Origin: Eledone cirrhosa
Taxonomy: Eukaryota
Length of the DNA stretch: 64,000 nt
Assembly: GCA_964016885.1 (NCBI GenBank)
Contig: OZ024746.1
Coordinates: 77,066,001-77,130,000, forward strand
Reading direction: 5' to 3'
The position numbers and the translations under genes were made by a program. This document shows, in pieces, positions 13,266 through 28,700 of the stretch. The notes beneath the pieces are model-generated. The model saw only the letters and a program-made list of their open reading frames with translations, had not been told where the DNA came from and did not search any database. Position 1 is the stretch's first letter, and each line of letters starts with the position of its first letter.

Positions 13266-13606
13266 TTTATTTATTCAGAAAATGAGTTTTATATTTGCTT
13301 TGTTTGTTTTTGTTTTATTTTCATTTACTTCTTTAATAACAATCGTTTAATCAAATTGACTGGCTTTACTATCACTTTAATATAGAAGGTTTATAGGATT
13401 TTGCCACGCTCTCTTTATTAACCGGAAGACGTCATAAAAATATGAAACCGAGCAAACTAATTCAAAATTATATACGAGAAAATTAACTTAAAATCATATA
13501 CGAGATATATTGAGTATATATATACAGAGTAAACCTATCTCGGAGAAGGGAGCCCCCCCCCCCCCCCCGATCGAATAACCCCCATCCTCGGAGTATTATC
13601 TACAAC

Positions 13607-14112
13607 TTTTTTTCGCGTGTTATCAACCAATAGGACCTCCAAATCAGTCGGAAACACCTAGATTTTTAGAAAAAGTAGGGCGAAAGAGAACAAAAAGACC
13701 ATCGGAGTTTCGCAGATCTACACACCTCACGCGTTTGGTGGGAGAATTATCTTTCCTTGATTTTGTAAACTTCTTAGATGCTTGCAGTAGACTTTTTCCC
13801 GGAAAACGGAAACCCTGACCCTAACTCTAATCCGGGAAAAAAAGGTCTACTGCAAGCATGTAAGAGGTTCAGAAAAAATCGAGAAAAGATCATTATTTCC
13901 CACCAAATGCGAGGGGTGTGTAGATCTGCGATACTCCGATGGACTTTTCGCCACCTTTCACTACAAATCTAGTCGATTACGACTGGTTTGGAGGTTTTTA
14001 AAAAAAAGAGGGGGGGGGTATCCGGGTATCCACCCTACCCCCTCCGTTCTCATGGGGGAAAAAAGATTGTCAGCATCTTGGAGGTTAGATTGGTTGATAG
14101 CACACGAAAAAA
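13607..14112. mobile_element. Foldback/palindromic MITE
   Basis: ~200-bp imperfect inverted arms (e.g. CATCGGAGTTTCGCAGATCTACACACCTC vs GGGGTGTGTAGATCTGCGATACTCCGATG) around AACCCTGACCCTAACTCTAA. Confidence 0.75.
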
Positions 14113-14540
14113 AAGAGGAAAAATATTTTCACGACAGACACGTGTATATACACATACACACTCATACATAAACATATACGCACACACAAACGTGCAGACT
14201 CATGCACACATAAACAATACAAAAACACTCAAACACGTGTGTGTAAATATATATATATATATACAAACATACAAAAACATACACACACATGCACGTGCAC
14301 ATACATAAAAAAAAATACAAAAGAAAATGTTCAGATACATGCACGCACACTTCCATCAACGATACACAAACCACACACAGAAGCAATAATGCACACCCAT
14401 GAAATGCACTCCTTCCAGACACATAACAACACCCATGACACACCACCACTCTCCACCTCGAGCCCCACTCCCGAACGCCAGACTACCCCCCCCCCCCACA
14501 CCAAACCCTCTTAAATTTGTTTTCTAAACTCCGATGTTCC

Positions 14541-14599
<59 letters not shown>

Positions 14600-14602
<3 letters not shown>

Positions 14603-14735
14603 TCTCCATTTCCTGAAGAAAGACTTATGTCCGAAACGTCAAACCCACTTCTACTTCCTAAGCGTGTAACTAATAAAAGTTTGCGTTTTTGCATCTCTGT
14701 GTTTGTATTATCATTTCTTGAACAACTCGACTATT
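14600..14735 (+). mobile_element. (CT)n-associated Penelope-like pLTR fragment with minimal hammerhead (14609-14643)
   Basis: CTGAAGA-AAGACTTATGTCC-GAAACGTC with palindromic ACGT loop III; stem I imperfect. Confidence 0.6.
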
Positions 14736-14744
14736 CAACTGTCA

Positions 14745-15062
14745 CACTAAAACCATGCAGAACCTCAGGTGGATGCCGCGTCATGGTCCCAGAAGAGAGA
14801 AGGCGTTACCCTGCAGGATAGCGAGGGAGATGCACTGAAAGAGCCAATCCAACACGCAAGGCTCATTCTTATGGGTGTCTATCAACTCCGCCCGGATAGC
14901 AGCGAGTAAGGAGATGGTTCGATGAACCTGGATGCATGAAGTTTCTACCACAAACCTATCGAAAAGCGTCCGATATTTCAACAGACTGATATTCATCTTG
15001 TTGGGCAATGAAACCTGGATCTGTCGCTGAATTCACCAGGTTGCTGAGTGTCGCATCCTAAA
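14745..15062 (-). mobile_element. CRE-like (RLE) non-LTR retrotransposon 3' fragment
   Basis: KYRTL..RFVVETS...WLFQCISLAILQGNAFSLLG resembles the CRE C-terminal QRxSxAxQRGNA motif. Confidence 0.7.
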
Positions 15063-18000
15063 AGAGGGGCTTATCATCGTAGAACGGAAAAGTAGTAGTA
15101 GTAGTAGTAGTAGTAGTATGGTAGTGGTGGTGGTAGATTGGTGGTGCTGGCAGTAGTAGAGCTGTTGATGGAGTTTCATCAAATCCCTTGGGAAAGTAAA
15201 ATCTTAACGAAGTCTTGAATTTCATCATAATTGTTTCTACTTTTGGCACAAGGCCAGCAATTATCCCTGTGTATTACTGGTACTTTATTTTATCGACCCC
15301 GTAAGGATGAAAGGCAAAGTTAACCTCGGCGGGATTTGAACTCAGACCATCATAATGTTTGCTAATTGTTGATTTTACTGCAATGAGTCACCACTTCGAT
15401 TGTAAGTTGTTTCTATCTAATGACCATAACTCATGGCAGGGAGAAAGGCGGAATTTGAACTCTGAGCGCAATGAACAGGAACAAATAATACCAAGACATT
15501 TAACCCAATACCCTAACATCGTCTGAAATATTGACTTTTTAATCACTCCATTTTCATTTTGTGAATGCCCTAACCCCAATACACGGTTAGTATTGTGGAC
15601 CAAACAAACTTGCAAGTAAAAACATTGATGCTAATATTAATACAAACTAACGAAAGAGCAGGTATGTGGTCATTCGGCCTACTAGAAATAGAAGCTATTT
15701 TTTCCACAACTTACACCAAACCTTTTTTTAAAAGGTACGATGTATATTGAAAGAAAAAAAAAGACCGGAACAAAGTCTTATAACTCCAAATCGATTAATC
15801 AAATTCACCGGATGTTTTGATTAAATTATTGCAATTCTAAAATTGATTTGAAATAAGGAAAACATAATCGAAAATTATGTAGTTATCTGCAAATTATAAC
15901 TCATATGCGGAAGAAATAAATAAAAGAAATATATTTTGCTCATTAACACACTCTGGATACCACAAGTCATTTCCATCGGATTTTACTTTTACTTCAACAT
16001 TTTGCCAACATTGATGCTGTTATAATGCGATGGGTTGGCAGAATTGTTAGAGCATCGGGAAAAATACTTCGCAGCATTTAGTTACGGCCCTTTATATTCT
16101 GAGTTCAAATCCCGTCGAAGTCAACTTTGCTTTTCATCCATCTGAGGTCAATAAAATAAAATATCAGACAAGTAATGTGGTCGATTTGCTGACCTTGTGC
16201 CAAAATTAGAAACCGTTATTAATGCGAATTGACAAAGAAGCCTCTATGAAGTCATTTGGTCTACTAAAAATAGCAGCTAAAACCCCCTCAAATTACACTA
16301 TGCCTTTAAAAAGATATGTGGTATAGAGTGAAGAAAAAAGACGGGGTTGCTATAACTGTGACGTCTTTGATCACAGATTTGCTCGATCGTGTCCGACTAG
16401 GAGATTAAGTAATAGTTAGTAATGTCCTATACTGTTCGTTCGGTTTATTTTAAATGATGTCTAGAGTCAATACTATATATTTATCCCACCATCACTTTAT
16501 TTATTTCCAACACTTAATTATTTTCTGACACAGATATTCAAAACCACCACAAACATGGAAACCCTGTGGCCGTTCAACATGCGAAAAATAGCAGCTAGGT
16601 CTCCCACACATCATACCTTACCTTACTGTCTTAAAAGGAGAAGGACGCACTGGATAATTGAAAAAACAACAACACACGAGACAGCCATGGCTGGAACGCC
16701 TTTCATTATATGTCTGCCAATGAGGGAAGACATGAGTCTTTAAAAAAAAACAGCAACAACATCAATAGAATTAATAATAAAAGTAATAGTACTTACGTGT
16801 CATCCACCAAAAAGTTTTTTAAATGCAAAAGATATTGTAAAGATTTCTTTCTGTGGCACAAAGCCAGTTTTTTTTTCCTTTCTTTCTTTTTGTAATGAGA
16901 GAGGCGTTTTTAAAGTCAACTAAATTGACCGTATTATGTTTGTTGGTATATTAATTTTATCGACTTATTTCATATCTCAAACACGGCGGGATTTGAACTC
17001 AAAATATGCAAACAACCAAAAGTAGTCAGCTGCCGTGGTGGCTGAATTCACAGTTTGTTTCTTTTTTTCATCTGTTTTATTTTCCCCTTTTTTCCAGGTT
17101 AAATGTTAGCTGATATTACTGAATGAAATTATTAAAGGTTGCTTTGAGAGAAGACAACACCCACCTTCTGAACTGTGTGTTGATTCAATTACATATAATA
17201 ATAATTATTATTATATCATTACCCATGTAAAAAAGATAGATGTAGGTGTGAATTAGAAATTTTGATGTTTTTGTGAATGGAGAATTTTCATTTCAAATTT
17301 ACCTTCATTATTTTCTTGTAGTTTCTTTTATCCTTTTATTTTTTATTCCCCCCTATGGTTTGTTATATAGTGTTTAATGTTCGGACAATATTTCAGACTG
17401 GTTAAAATAGAAGAAGAATAAACTTCAATTAAATGATGTTTTTGACAGAAATAAAGACAAAAATTAAAATTCTCTCAGATATCCACGCGTTTTAATCCGT
17501 TGTTTTGTTTTGTGAGCAGATCTTTACAAAAAACAGTTTCCGAAAGACATCTTTCCAGTTACTCGTACTTCTTATAGTTGTTATTAAGTTTATTCCTTAT
17601 ATATATGTATATATCATATAATATATAGATATATATACATACATATATACATGTGCAAATAGATGTATACGTTAATATATGATCATAAGCATATAATGTA
17701 TTTTATGTATAAGTGTGAATTTGTACGTATGTGATTTATGTATTTACTAACACGAGGTGTTGTGTGTGTATATATATATAGATAGATATAGATATAAATA
17801 TAGATATACACGGTGTTGTATATATATATATATATATTATATATATAATCTGTGTGAGTGTGTGTATCTTACTTCGTCAATGGATCTTGGGATGAATTAA
17901 GTTGGAAATAATAATTCGTCATTGATAAAACATAAAAAGCAGATATAATAGAGACAGTTAGAAAAATAGGGGAGGGAGTCCACGGATCTGTTTGTTTTGT

Positions 18001-19589
18001 TTTCTTTCACAATTACTTTTGTTTTCTTTCTATCCTTTAAGACTTAGCATTCGCGGGTGGCGGCCTGCAGCAGTTGTTGATAATATTGTTATTGTAACTT
18101 CCGTCAGACTTTACTTTTGTTGTTGTTGTTGCTTCTGTTATTAATGTTGTTATTATTATCGCTGTTGTCGTTGTGACCACTACTATTACTACTACTACTA
18201 CAACTGTTGCTGCTGCTACTACTGCTGCTGACAATAATGATAATAGTAATAATTATAAGGAAAAAGATAGAGAAAAGGAATATAATAATTATATAATAAC
18301 AGTAATGACAATGATACTGATGATGGTTTTGATAGTGATGCTAATGATATAACTATGAAGAAAGTGATGGTGGTGGTAATAATAATACTGTTATTATAAT
18401 AATGAAGAAGAGCTAAGAGTTTGTGTTATGTTTGGAAAAGAGTCCATAACTCTTGTCTTTCTTTTTCACACCTTTCCAAAATAAAAAAGAAATTAAAAAA
18501 AAAACCGACGACGCCCGCTCTTGTTTTGAACGTAACGGGAATCGATAAAGAAACGCCGGGCTTAATGGATCTGATCGGGAGAGAGAAACAGAGTAATAAA
18601 TAGCGAAGGAGGAGGAGGAGAAGCGAAGTGAGGAGATGGAGGAGGAAGCAGGAGGGAAAGAGGGAGAGGAAGGAGGTGGAAGAGGAGGAAGAGAAAGAGG
18701 GGGAAAAGAAATGTAGAAGAGACTGAAAGGAGGATGAGGAGGAAAATTGAACCAAGGGTAAGAGGGATAGACGTGCACACATGCATACTCAAACACACTT
18801 AAATATACATACGCATACATATTCAAACAAACATAATCATACACACGCACACACAAATATAAAGAAAGATGGTCAAACACACACACACACACACACACTC
18901 ATGCAAACTAAGATGTAAAGGTAGATGTTCACATACACACACAGACACAAAACATAAACATACATGCACACAAAAGTAAAGAAAAATATATATATATATA
19001 TATATACACACACACGCGCGCGCGTGCACGTACACATACACGCGCGCACGTACACACTCACACACACATACACACACTTACGCACACGTACACAAAAGAT
19101 AAAGCGGTAAGCGAGAAGGAGAGGGAAGGAGAGGCTAGAAGGAGCTGTGTCTTCGGCTGCTTCACTTGTTGCTGTCATAGCGCGAAGAAAGGAAGTTCTC
19201 TTTTTCCCTCTCTCTCTCACACACACACTCTCTCTCAGTCTTTCCCTCACTCTCTCCCTCACTTGTCTGTATCTCAGCTCTAATCACCATCGCCTCATCT
19301 CATCTGTAACAATTGTCCGATAATATGTTTACAGCTAGTGTTTACATTTTACCTTAACACGTTATGCAAACATCTGTCTTTGCCTAGTTCTAATGTATTG
19401 TGAACACAAATATGTGGACCTTCTTATATGCGTTATGTATGTATCTATGTATGTATGTGTTGTTTTTTTGGGGGATCAGTGGAGTGAGTGACCCATAGTC
19501 TTCATTAAGGCATCTCTCTAAGAGAAGGTCACTCTGATATAAAACTTGCGACTTCGTTTACATTCAATGATGTAAAGAGGAGAGATTGA

Positions 19590-20510
19590 ATTAGAAAAGA
19601 GTTTCATGTAGTAGATATAGAGGGGAGAGGGGAGTTTGGTGTTAATTAATAAAGAGAGGGAGGTTGGAAGAGAGTTCCGTGTAGTAGATATATAGAGGGG
19701 GGGGGTGCTACTTGTTATAGTGAGGGGGATTGTGAGAGAGTGTTGTATGGTTGATGTAGAGAGGGGGAGAGTTTGGTGATAATGAATAGAGTGAGAAGAT
19801 TGATGGAGATAGGTATTGTTAGATATAGAGAGGGGGAGAATTTGGTGTTAATCAATGTAGGGAGGGGGATTGGAAGAGAGTTCCGTGTAGTAGATATAGG
19901 GAGGGGGGGGAGTTTGGTGTTAATTGTTATAGAGAGGGTGATTGGGAGAGTATGTTGTGTGGTTGATGTAGAGAGGATGGTAATCAGTGAGAGCATTGAT
20001 AAAGATAAGTGTTGATATATATAGGGAGGGGGAGAGTTTGGTTGTGATGGATAGAGTGAGAGGTAATGAGCGAGAGTGTTGTATGGTGAATATAGAGAGG
20101 GGGATAGTTTGGTATTAATTGATGTAGAAGGAGGTGGAAGAGATGTCCGTGTAGTAGATATAGATAGGTAATAGAAGGGGTGGCAATAATTAGTGGGGGG
20201 CTTGGGAAATCGAGAGTGGAAGAATAAAAACCCGGTGGTGGGAGCTGGAATCTGACAAATTAATAAGCGTAGGGGGGGGGGGGGGGGGCGATTATTCAAA
20301 ACCTGAGAGTACGTGAATTATTGACGGACGTAAGAATGAAAACTCAATACCGAAGTAGAGTTTAAATATTCATTTATTATGGCTACGTCTTGTTATTCTG
20401 GAGTCTCACCTGCGTACTCATAGCATTACCAATCTTGTATGACAATTCTGTGAGTGTGTAGGTGAAACTTTAGAGTAACAAAGCTCACCAATAGCCATAA
20501 TAAATTAATG
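19590..20510 (-). repeat. Second copy of the composite repeat at 708-1930
   Basis: Reverse-complement similarity, including hairpin ACTCTACTTCGGTATTGAGT (20342-20361). Confidence 0.7.
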
Positions 20511-20626
20511 TATATATATATATATATATATTTCGTTTCTGAATTTGTTTAGCAAGGTTCTTTATCTGAAATCGTGTGTTGAAACCTCCCAAAGTATAAC
20601 AATATATATATATATATATATATATA

Positions 20627-20840
20627 GTAATAATAATAAAATTGAAGACTAAAATCCAAAGAGGGTTCGATAAGGAAAATATATATCAAATATATAAGAA
20701 CCGTAGAGCAAATATTTATTAAAATAACAGATTAAAGTTTAAGCAAAGAATCGCTGCTTTCACCCTTAACGGGATCTTCAGAAGATCCCGTTAAGGGTGA
20801 AAGCAGCGATTCTTTGCTTAAACTTTAATTTGTTATTTTA

Positions 20841-20921
<81 letters not shown>

Positions 20922-21007
20922 AAAATAACTCTAAGGTTCTTATATATTTGATATATATTTTCCTTATCGAGCCCTCTTTGGATTTTAGTCTTCAATTTTA
21001 TTATTAT

Positions 21008-21010
<3 letters not shown>
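20627..21010. mobile_element. HHR family D head-to-head pair, centre at 20780
   Basis: Near-perfect palindrome 20712-20848; minus-strand CTGAAGA-TCCC GTTAA GGGT-GAAA-GCA..TGC-TT; right arm interrupted by (TA)n. Confidence 0.75.
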
Positions 21011-21061
<51 letters not shown>

Positions 21062-21066
<5 letters not shown>

Positions 21067-21272
21067 AAAAGAGTCAGGACACCGACGGCTGAGTATCTGC
21101 TAGATTCCAGCCGTTCTAATACTGCTGGCTTAGTTCGTATCTAGCTGTCGAAACGGCCGGAGCTCAGCCGTCGGGGTCCTGACTCTTTTCCTATTACCCA
21201 CTCTACTACCCTAAGTATCGAGTACTCCGGTGCGTTATGGTCCCCCTGGTATCTTACCACGCTTTCTTTGTT
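21062..21272 (+). mobile_element. HHR family A copy with inverted arm
   Basis: GAAACGGCCGGAGCTCAGCCGTCGGGGTCC; hairpin ACTCTAC..GTATCGAGTAC. Confidence 0.75.
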
Positions 21273-21285
21273 TTATATATATATA

Positions 21286-21960
21286 GAGACTTGGGCACTG
21301 ACCAAGAAACTCACTCAGATGGTGGATGGGTGCTACACGAGAATGCTGAGGATGGCTCTGAACATTAATCAGTATACACTGAGGATGAAAAACTCAGAGC
21401 TGTATGGGAGCCTCCCAAAAGTCAGCTCAAAAGTGACACAGAGGAGACTGAGGTTAGCTGGACATGCTCACCGACATCCAGAGTTGACATTGCACTCAGT
21501 ACTCCTATGGAAGCCTCTACATGGACACACTGGAAGAGGAAGACCAAGGTTAACGTATGTTGATGCCCTAAGGACAGACACTGGTCTCTTGGAGACGCAG
21601 GACATAGCAGCGATAATGAGGGACAGAGACCGCTGGAGAGAACTCGTCCATGGATCTCAGGAATTTTACCCGCCCTAGATAGATAGATATATATATGGGA
21701 TAACAAATTATTGTTATAGGTAATCCAGTTAGAGTTTGTGAGTACTCGAAGAGGAAGATCAAGGTTAACGTATGTTGATGCCCTAAGGACAGACACTGGT
21801 CTCTTGGAGACGCAGGACATAGCAGCGATAATGAGGGACAGAGACCGCTGGAGAGAACTCGTCCATGGATCTCAGGAATTTTACCCGCCCTAGATAGATA
21901 TATATATATATGGGATAACAAATTATTGTTATAGGTAATCCAGTTAGAGTTTGTGAGTAC
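21286..21960 (+). mobile_element. RTE-like LINE 3' fragment with ~212-bp tandem duplication of its end
   Basis: ETWALTK..DGCYTRMLR..RRLRLAGH..RGRPRLTYVD..RDRW; 21537-21745 repeated at 21749-21960. Confidence 0.85.
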
Positions 21961-22225
21961 TCTGTACTATGGATAGTTTCAACGTACGGCGTTGTTTGAC
22001 TCAACAAGAGGTTTCCTTAGTTAAGTAGTGAGTTTGCGAGAATTCCTATGCAGGTTAATCTTGGAGTAATAATAGTGAAACATTGAAGAATAACATGGTC
22101 GGCTGTACAAAAAGGGGCTTTATTTACAGTATTAACAATTGTTTCATATATATAGGAGATGGATAAATTGGGTATAATACCAGTTTCTTACCACAATGCG
22201 AAGAAGCTCGATATATTAACCCCTT

Positions 22226-22285
22226 ATGATGATGACGACTATGATGATGATGGTGACTATGATGATGATGATGATGATGATGACT

Positions 22286-22321
<36 letters not shown>

Positions 22322-22459
22322 GGGATGATGGGGATGATGATGATGATGATGATGATGGGGATGATGGGGATGATGATGATGATGATGACTATGATGATGA
22401 TGATGACGATGATGATGATGATGGGGATGATGGGGGATGATGATGATGAGATGGTGACT

Positions 22460-22490
<31 letters not shown>

Positions 22491-22531
22491 CGATGACGAT
22501 GGTGATGACTATGATGATGATGATGACGATA

Positions 22532-22580
<49 letters not shown>

Positions 22581-22642
22581 TGATGACGACGACGACGATG
22601 ACGATGACGATGATGATGATGGTGATGACGATGATGATGATG
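22226..22642. repeat. (GAT)n/(GAC)n trinucleotide repeat
   Basis: Direct reading; explains the poly-D/H/M ORFs. Confidence 0.95.
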
Positions 22643-22811
22643 AATGTAAAGCGTAAGTCGCTCTAACGATCCTTCCTCCACCGCCACTGCCGCCATCACT
22701 TTTAACTTTTAACTGATGAAATAATGAAACACCTGACAAACACGGCAATTACTATGGTAACAACACCCATTAGAGATACGTTGAAGTTGAAATGTGTGTG
22801 TGTGTGTGTGT

Positions 22812-22851
<40 letters not shown>

Positions 22852-22906
22852 GTGTGTGTGCGTGTGTGTGTGTGTGTGTGTTCGCGCGTCTCTGTCTGTG
22901 CATGTG

Positions 22907-22943
<37 letters not shown>

Positions 22944-23094
22944 AGGTGTTTGTGTGTTGGTGGATATGTGTGTGTGTGTGTGCGTATACATGCATGTTTG
23001 TCGGTGTGTTTGTGTGTATATATGAGTGTGCGCGTGTATGTATGTGTATGTATGTATGTATGTGTGGGTGTGCGTGCGTATTTATATGTATATT

Positions 23095-23460
<366 letters not shown>

Positions 23461-23465
23461 TACAC

Positions 23466-23654
<189 letters not shown>

Positions 23655-23672
23655 TATACATTTATATACATA

Positions 23673-23728
<56 letters not shown>

Positions 23729-23820
23729 CATATATATATACATATATACACATAAATATATACATATATATATGTATATACATATGTATATATACATATA
23801 TATACATATATATACATACA

Positions 23821-23886
<66 letters not shown>

Positions 23887-24584
23887 TATATACGTGTGTA
23901 TGTTTTTCTTGTAAATCGTTTTTCCCAAGTCTTTCCGTAAAGTCAAGGAGAAAAAAGAATGTCCAGTACATCAATTTCCACTCCTCCCCTTCCTCATCCT
24001 CCTCCTCCTCCTCCTTCTCCTACTACTACTCCTCCTCCTCCTCCTCCTCCTCCTCCTCCTCCTTCAACTTCTTCTCCTCCCCTCCTTATTGCCATCATCA
24101 TCAGCACCACCTCCACCATCATTATCATCATTAATATCATCATCATCACCACCATCATCATTATCATCATCATCATCATCATCATCACCACCACCACCAC
24201 CACCACCACCACACCACCGCCACCATCATCATCATCATCATCCCCTTCGTCACAACAGACCAATACACTAACGGATGTAATTGGTTCAATTACTCGTGGA
24301 GGGTGTGGATGGGGGTAGTATTGATGGTGAGAGTGGTGGTGGTGGTGGTGGTGGTGGTGGTGGTGGTGGTGAGGGTGGTAATAGGCTGGTGGTGGTGGTG
24401 GTGGTGGTGGTGAGGGTGGTAATAGGCTGGTGGTGGTGGTGGTAGTGGTAATTTGATAATTGAGTGATGAATTAGGTTTTATAGCGGTGGTGGTGGTGGT
24501 GGTAGTGGTAGTGTTGGTTGTGGTGGTGGTCATGGCGACGGCGACGGTGTGGTGTTGATGGGGGCGGTGGTGATGGCGATGGCG

Positions 24585-24915
24585 GGACCTTAGTTTCTGC
24601 AGAACAACCTAACCACCGGTGCAGCCTCCAGTCCCTGCATAGCCCTTAATCTCTTCGAAGACCCTAACTCTTGCGGAGCCCTTAGTCCCTGCGAAGACCT
24701 TAACTCCCGCGGAGCCCCTAGTCCATGCACAGCCCGTGGCCCCTGCACAGCCCCTAGTCCATGCACAGCCTCTAATCATGCGGAGCCCCCTAGTCATTGT
24801 GGATCCCTTAATCCTTGCGGAACCCATAGACCTTGCATAACCCTTATTCCATGCTGGGTCCCTAATCCATGCGAAGCACCTAAGTCCCTAGTTGGCTCAT
24901 AGTTTCTGCAGAGAT
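24585..24915. repeat. Degenerate 18-bp minisatellite (GCCCCTAGTCCATGCRSA-like)
   Basis: About 17 diverged units with phase preserved. Confidence 0.8.
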
Positions 24916-24964
24916 CAACGATCCCACCGAGATCAACATTGCCTTTCTTCTTTCTTCTTTCCTG

Positions 24965-25480
24965 GGCGTCAATAAAATAAAGTACCAGTAACACACTGGG
25001 GTCGATTTAATAAACTTTGCCCTCCCTCAAAATTGTTGCAGAAATCATTATTAAAGTAATACACTGGGTAATTGCTGGCCTTGTGCCAAAAGTAGAAACA
25101 ATTATTAAAGTCGTTGCATCGGCAGAATCGGTAGAGGGTCAGACGCCATGCTTTGCAGCATAGAGTTACGGCCCTTTACGATTTGAGTTCAAATCCCGCC
25201 TTTCATCCTTACAGGGTCGATAAAATAAAGCACCAGTAATGTTCTGGGGACAATTGCAGGTCTTGTGCCAAAACGTAGAAACAATTATTAAAGTCGTTGC
25301 ATCGGCAGAATCGGTAGAGGGTCAGACGCCATGCTTTGCAGCATAGAGTTACGGCCCTTTACGATTTGAGTTCAAATCCCGCCTTTCATCCTTACAGGGT
25401 CGATAAAATAAAGCACCAGTAATGTTCTGGGGACAATTGCAGGCCTTGTGCCAAAACGTAGAAACAATTATTAAAGTCGT
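24965..25480 (+). mobile_element. Tandem SINE copies (dominant family)
   Basis: Two near-identical ~190-bp units plus 3' fragments. Confidence 0.85.
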
Positions 25481-25781
25481 TTTTTTTTAAAGTCTTTCAA
25501 AGAAACCAAGAAACAATGGCAAATAATGGCAGAAAGTAATCTGTTTAGGTTATTGTTCTGTCACCATTCGGCAATTAACTGATCAGATATAATATGAATG
25601 TCACCATGTATGTATGTGTGCGTACGTGTGTACCTGCCTTCGTACGTGCCTGCCTTCGTACGTTCGCGTGGGCGTGCACTTATTTGAGCGTGTGAGCGTG
25701 TTTATATCTACATGCGCGTGCGTATGTGCGTATATGCATGAGTTCGGGTGCGCACTTATTTCTGTGTGTGTGTGTGTGTGC

Positions 25782-25819
<38 letters not shown>

Positions 25820-26289
25820 GCGTACATGTATGCGTGTACCTATTTGCGCGTGTGTGTGTGTACGTGCGTATGCGAATGTATGTACGTACATGCGTGCGTG
25901 TATATGTACGTACGTGCCTACGTGCGTATGTGCGACTGTGCATATATATTTATGTGCGTAGATGCAGGTGTGCACTTATTTGTGTGTGTGTATATGTCTA
26001 TATATATGTGGGTACTGGCGTGCACCTACTTGTGTATGTGTGTATGTGCGCGTAAATGCCTGCGTATGTGCCGTGATGCGTGGATGCGGACATGCATTTA
26101 TTATGTGTGTGAGTGTATGTGTGTGAGGATGGGAAAGAAAGAAATGTATAGATATTTGCAATAGAGATATATGTGTAGATTGTAACTGTCCCCAGGTGTA
26201 TGTATTGACGTACATTTGCGTTTGTGTGAATCACCTCTCTCTTTCTCTCTCTGTATATATGTATATATAGTTTGATGCTATATATATAT

Positions 26290-26390
<101 letters not shown>

Positions 26391-26576
26391 AGCGATCGAC
26401 TTTCGTCAAATCGGACTTTCCAATTGCTAATACTATCTATCGGTCGCAACTCCAGGTAGAAGGAGCAACGTGAAATAAAGTGTCTTGCTGAAGGACATAC
26501 GCATTTCCCGGTCCGGGAATCGAACTCACAACCTCACGATTGCGAATCCAATTCTCTAACGACTCAGCCACACGCC

Positions 26577-26620
<44 letters not shown>

Positions 26621-26668
26621 ACGAAATAAATATGGTTTTATAAATATAGTTTCCATTTGTTTAATATC

Positions 26669-27270
<602 letters not shown>

Positions 27271-27343
27271 TTATGTCATCATAGATGTTTAGAAAAGAAG
27301 AACTGTGTGACACATAATAACGCTTGAAATAGCAGGAAGAAAG

Positions 27344-27379
27344 TCTTAACGTTTCGATCACTAGTCCTTTAACAGAAGA
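27344..27379 (-). ncRNA. Decayed minimal hammerhead (related to 14609)
   Basis: TCTT-CTGTTAA-AGGACTAGTGATC-GAAACGTT-AAGA; two core mismatches. Confidence 0.4.
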
Positions 27380-27621
27380 AAGAGTTAGAAATAAAAGATA
27401 AATAGAAAGCAAAGAGCGATAGGACGAACAGACAGTTGCACCTTTACCTCATTAGCCATCTTGATGGCGTGCAATTTCGCGCGTTAAGGTATCTGATGAG
27501 GTAATAGTTCAGATGTCTCTTCGTTTTATGTAACTGTGTGCATTTTCTGTTGACGCTAAATTTATATTTACTAACCCTAATATTAGGCCACTTTTTATAT
27601 ATATATATATATATATATAAT

Positions 27622-27684
<63 letters not shown>

Positions 27685-27718
27685 AGTAGAAAGAGAAAGA
27701 AACAGGTGGTAGCGAGGG

Positions 27719-27749
<31 letters not shown>

Positions 27750-27865
27750 TGCATAAACACGTAGATAAATATGTGTTCGTATGTTCGTGTATGTGTACTC
27801 ACGTTCTATTTTTTTTTCTCCATAAAATTGTTCATTAATAGATTGTATATCAGAATATGTATGCA

Positions 27866-28330
27866 TTCTACTGCGCCTATATGCGTGTGAATGTGTGCCT
27901 TTTTATTACACCTATATATGTGTACGTGTGCGTTTTACTGCGCTTATATGTGTGTGCATGTGTGCCTTTTTACTACACCTATATATGTGTACGTGTGCGT
28001 TTTACTGCGCTTATATGTGTGTGAATGTGTACGTTTTACTACACCTATATATGTATATATGTGTACGTGTGCGTTTCACTGCGCCTATATGCGTGTGAAT
28101 GTGTGCCTTTTTACTACACCTATATATGTGTACGTGTGCGTTTTACTGCGCTTATATGTGTGTGAATGTGTACGTTTTACTACACCTATATATGTATATA
28201 TGTGTACGTGTGCGTTTCACTGCGCCTATATGTGTGTGAATGTGTGCCTTTTTACTACACCTATATATGTGTACGTGTGCGTTTTACTGCGTTTATATGT
28301 GTGTGTATGTGTGCCTTTTTACTATGCCCA
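27866..28330. repeat. Minisatellite of alternating TTTTACTACACCTATATATG / TTTTACTGCGCTTATATG subunits
   Basis: Direct reading. Confidence 0.85.
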
Positions 28331-28649
28331 AATGCGTATCAATGTGTATGTGTGTCTGTATATCACGTGATTGTGTATCTGTGTTGTGTGTGTGTGTCAG
28401 TGAAGCTGAGTCTGTGCATGTAAGTAATAATTCTATAGTGGCAAACAGTATATTGATGTATTTAAATTCACCGTATCGAAGTATAAGTGCTGCTATTTGT
28501 ATATTTATATATATATTTGTATATTCATAAGCTACGTTTGCGTTAATTTTGTAATATACTCAACTGACCAAGCGTGTCTTACAGCACACACACACACACA
28601 CACACACAGATATATATATATATATTCTCTGGACATGCTTTACTCTATA

Positions 28650-28696
<47 letters not shown>

Positions 28697-28700
<4 letters not shown>

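Noticed and set aside
16790-19300. Possible minus-strand 5' exons (donor-like GTAAG at ~16797 and ~17872; GC-richer patches at 18040-19200)
   Set aside because: No recognisable protein or consistent acceptor/frame; cannot be supported from sequence alone
22713-22740. CTGATGA-AATAAT-GAAAC hammerhead-like core
   Set aside because: No stem I, stem III or NUH triplet can be formed
22124-22748. Poly-His/Arg/Asp/Met/Ser ORFs
   Set aside because: Pure (GAT)/(GAC) repeat with no codon diversity or splice context
24591-24912. TAGTTTCTGCAGA flanking direct repeat as a TSD
   Set aside because: Resembles a variant of the 18-bp unit itself
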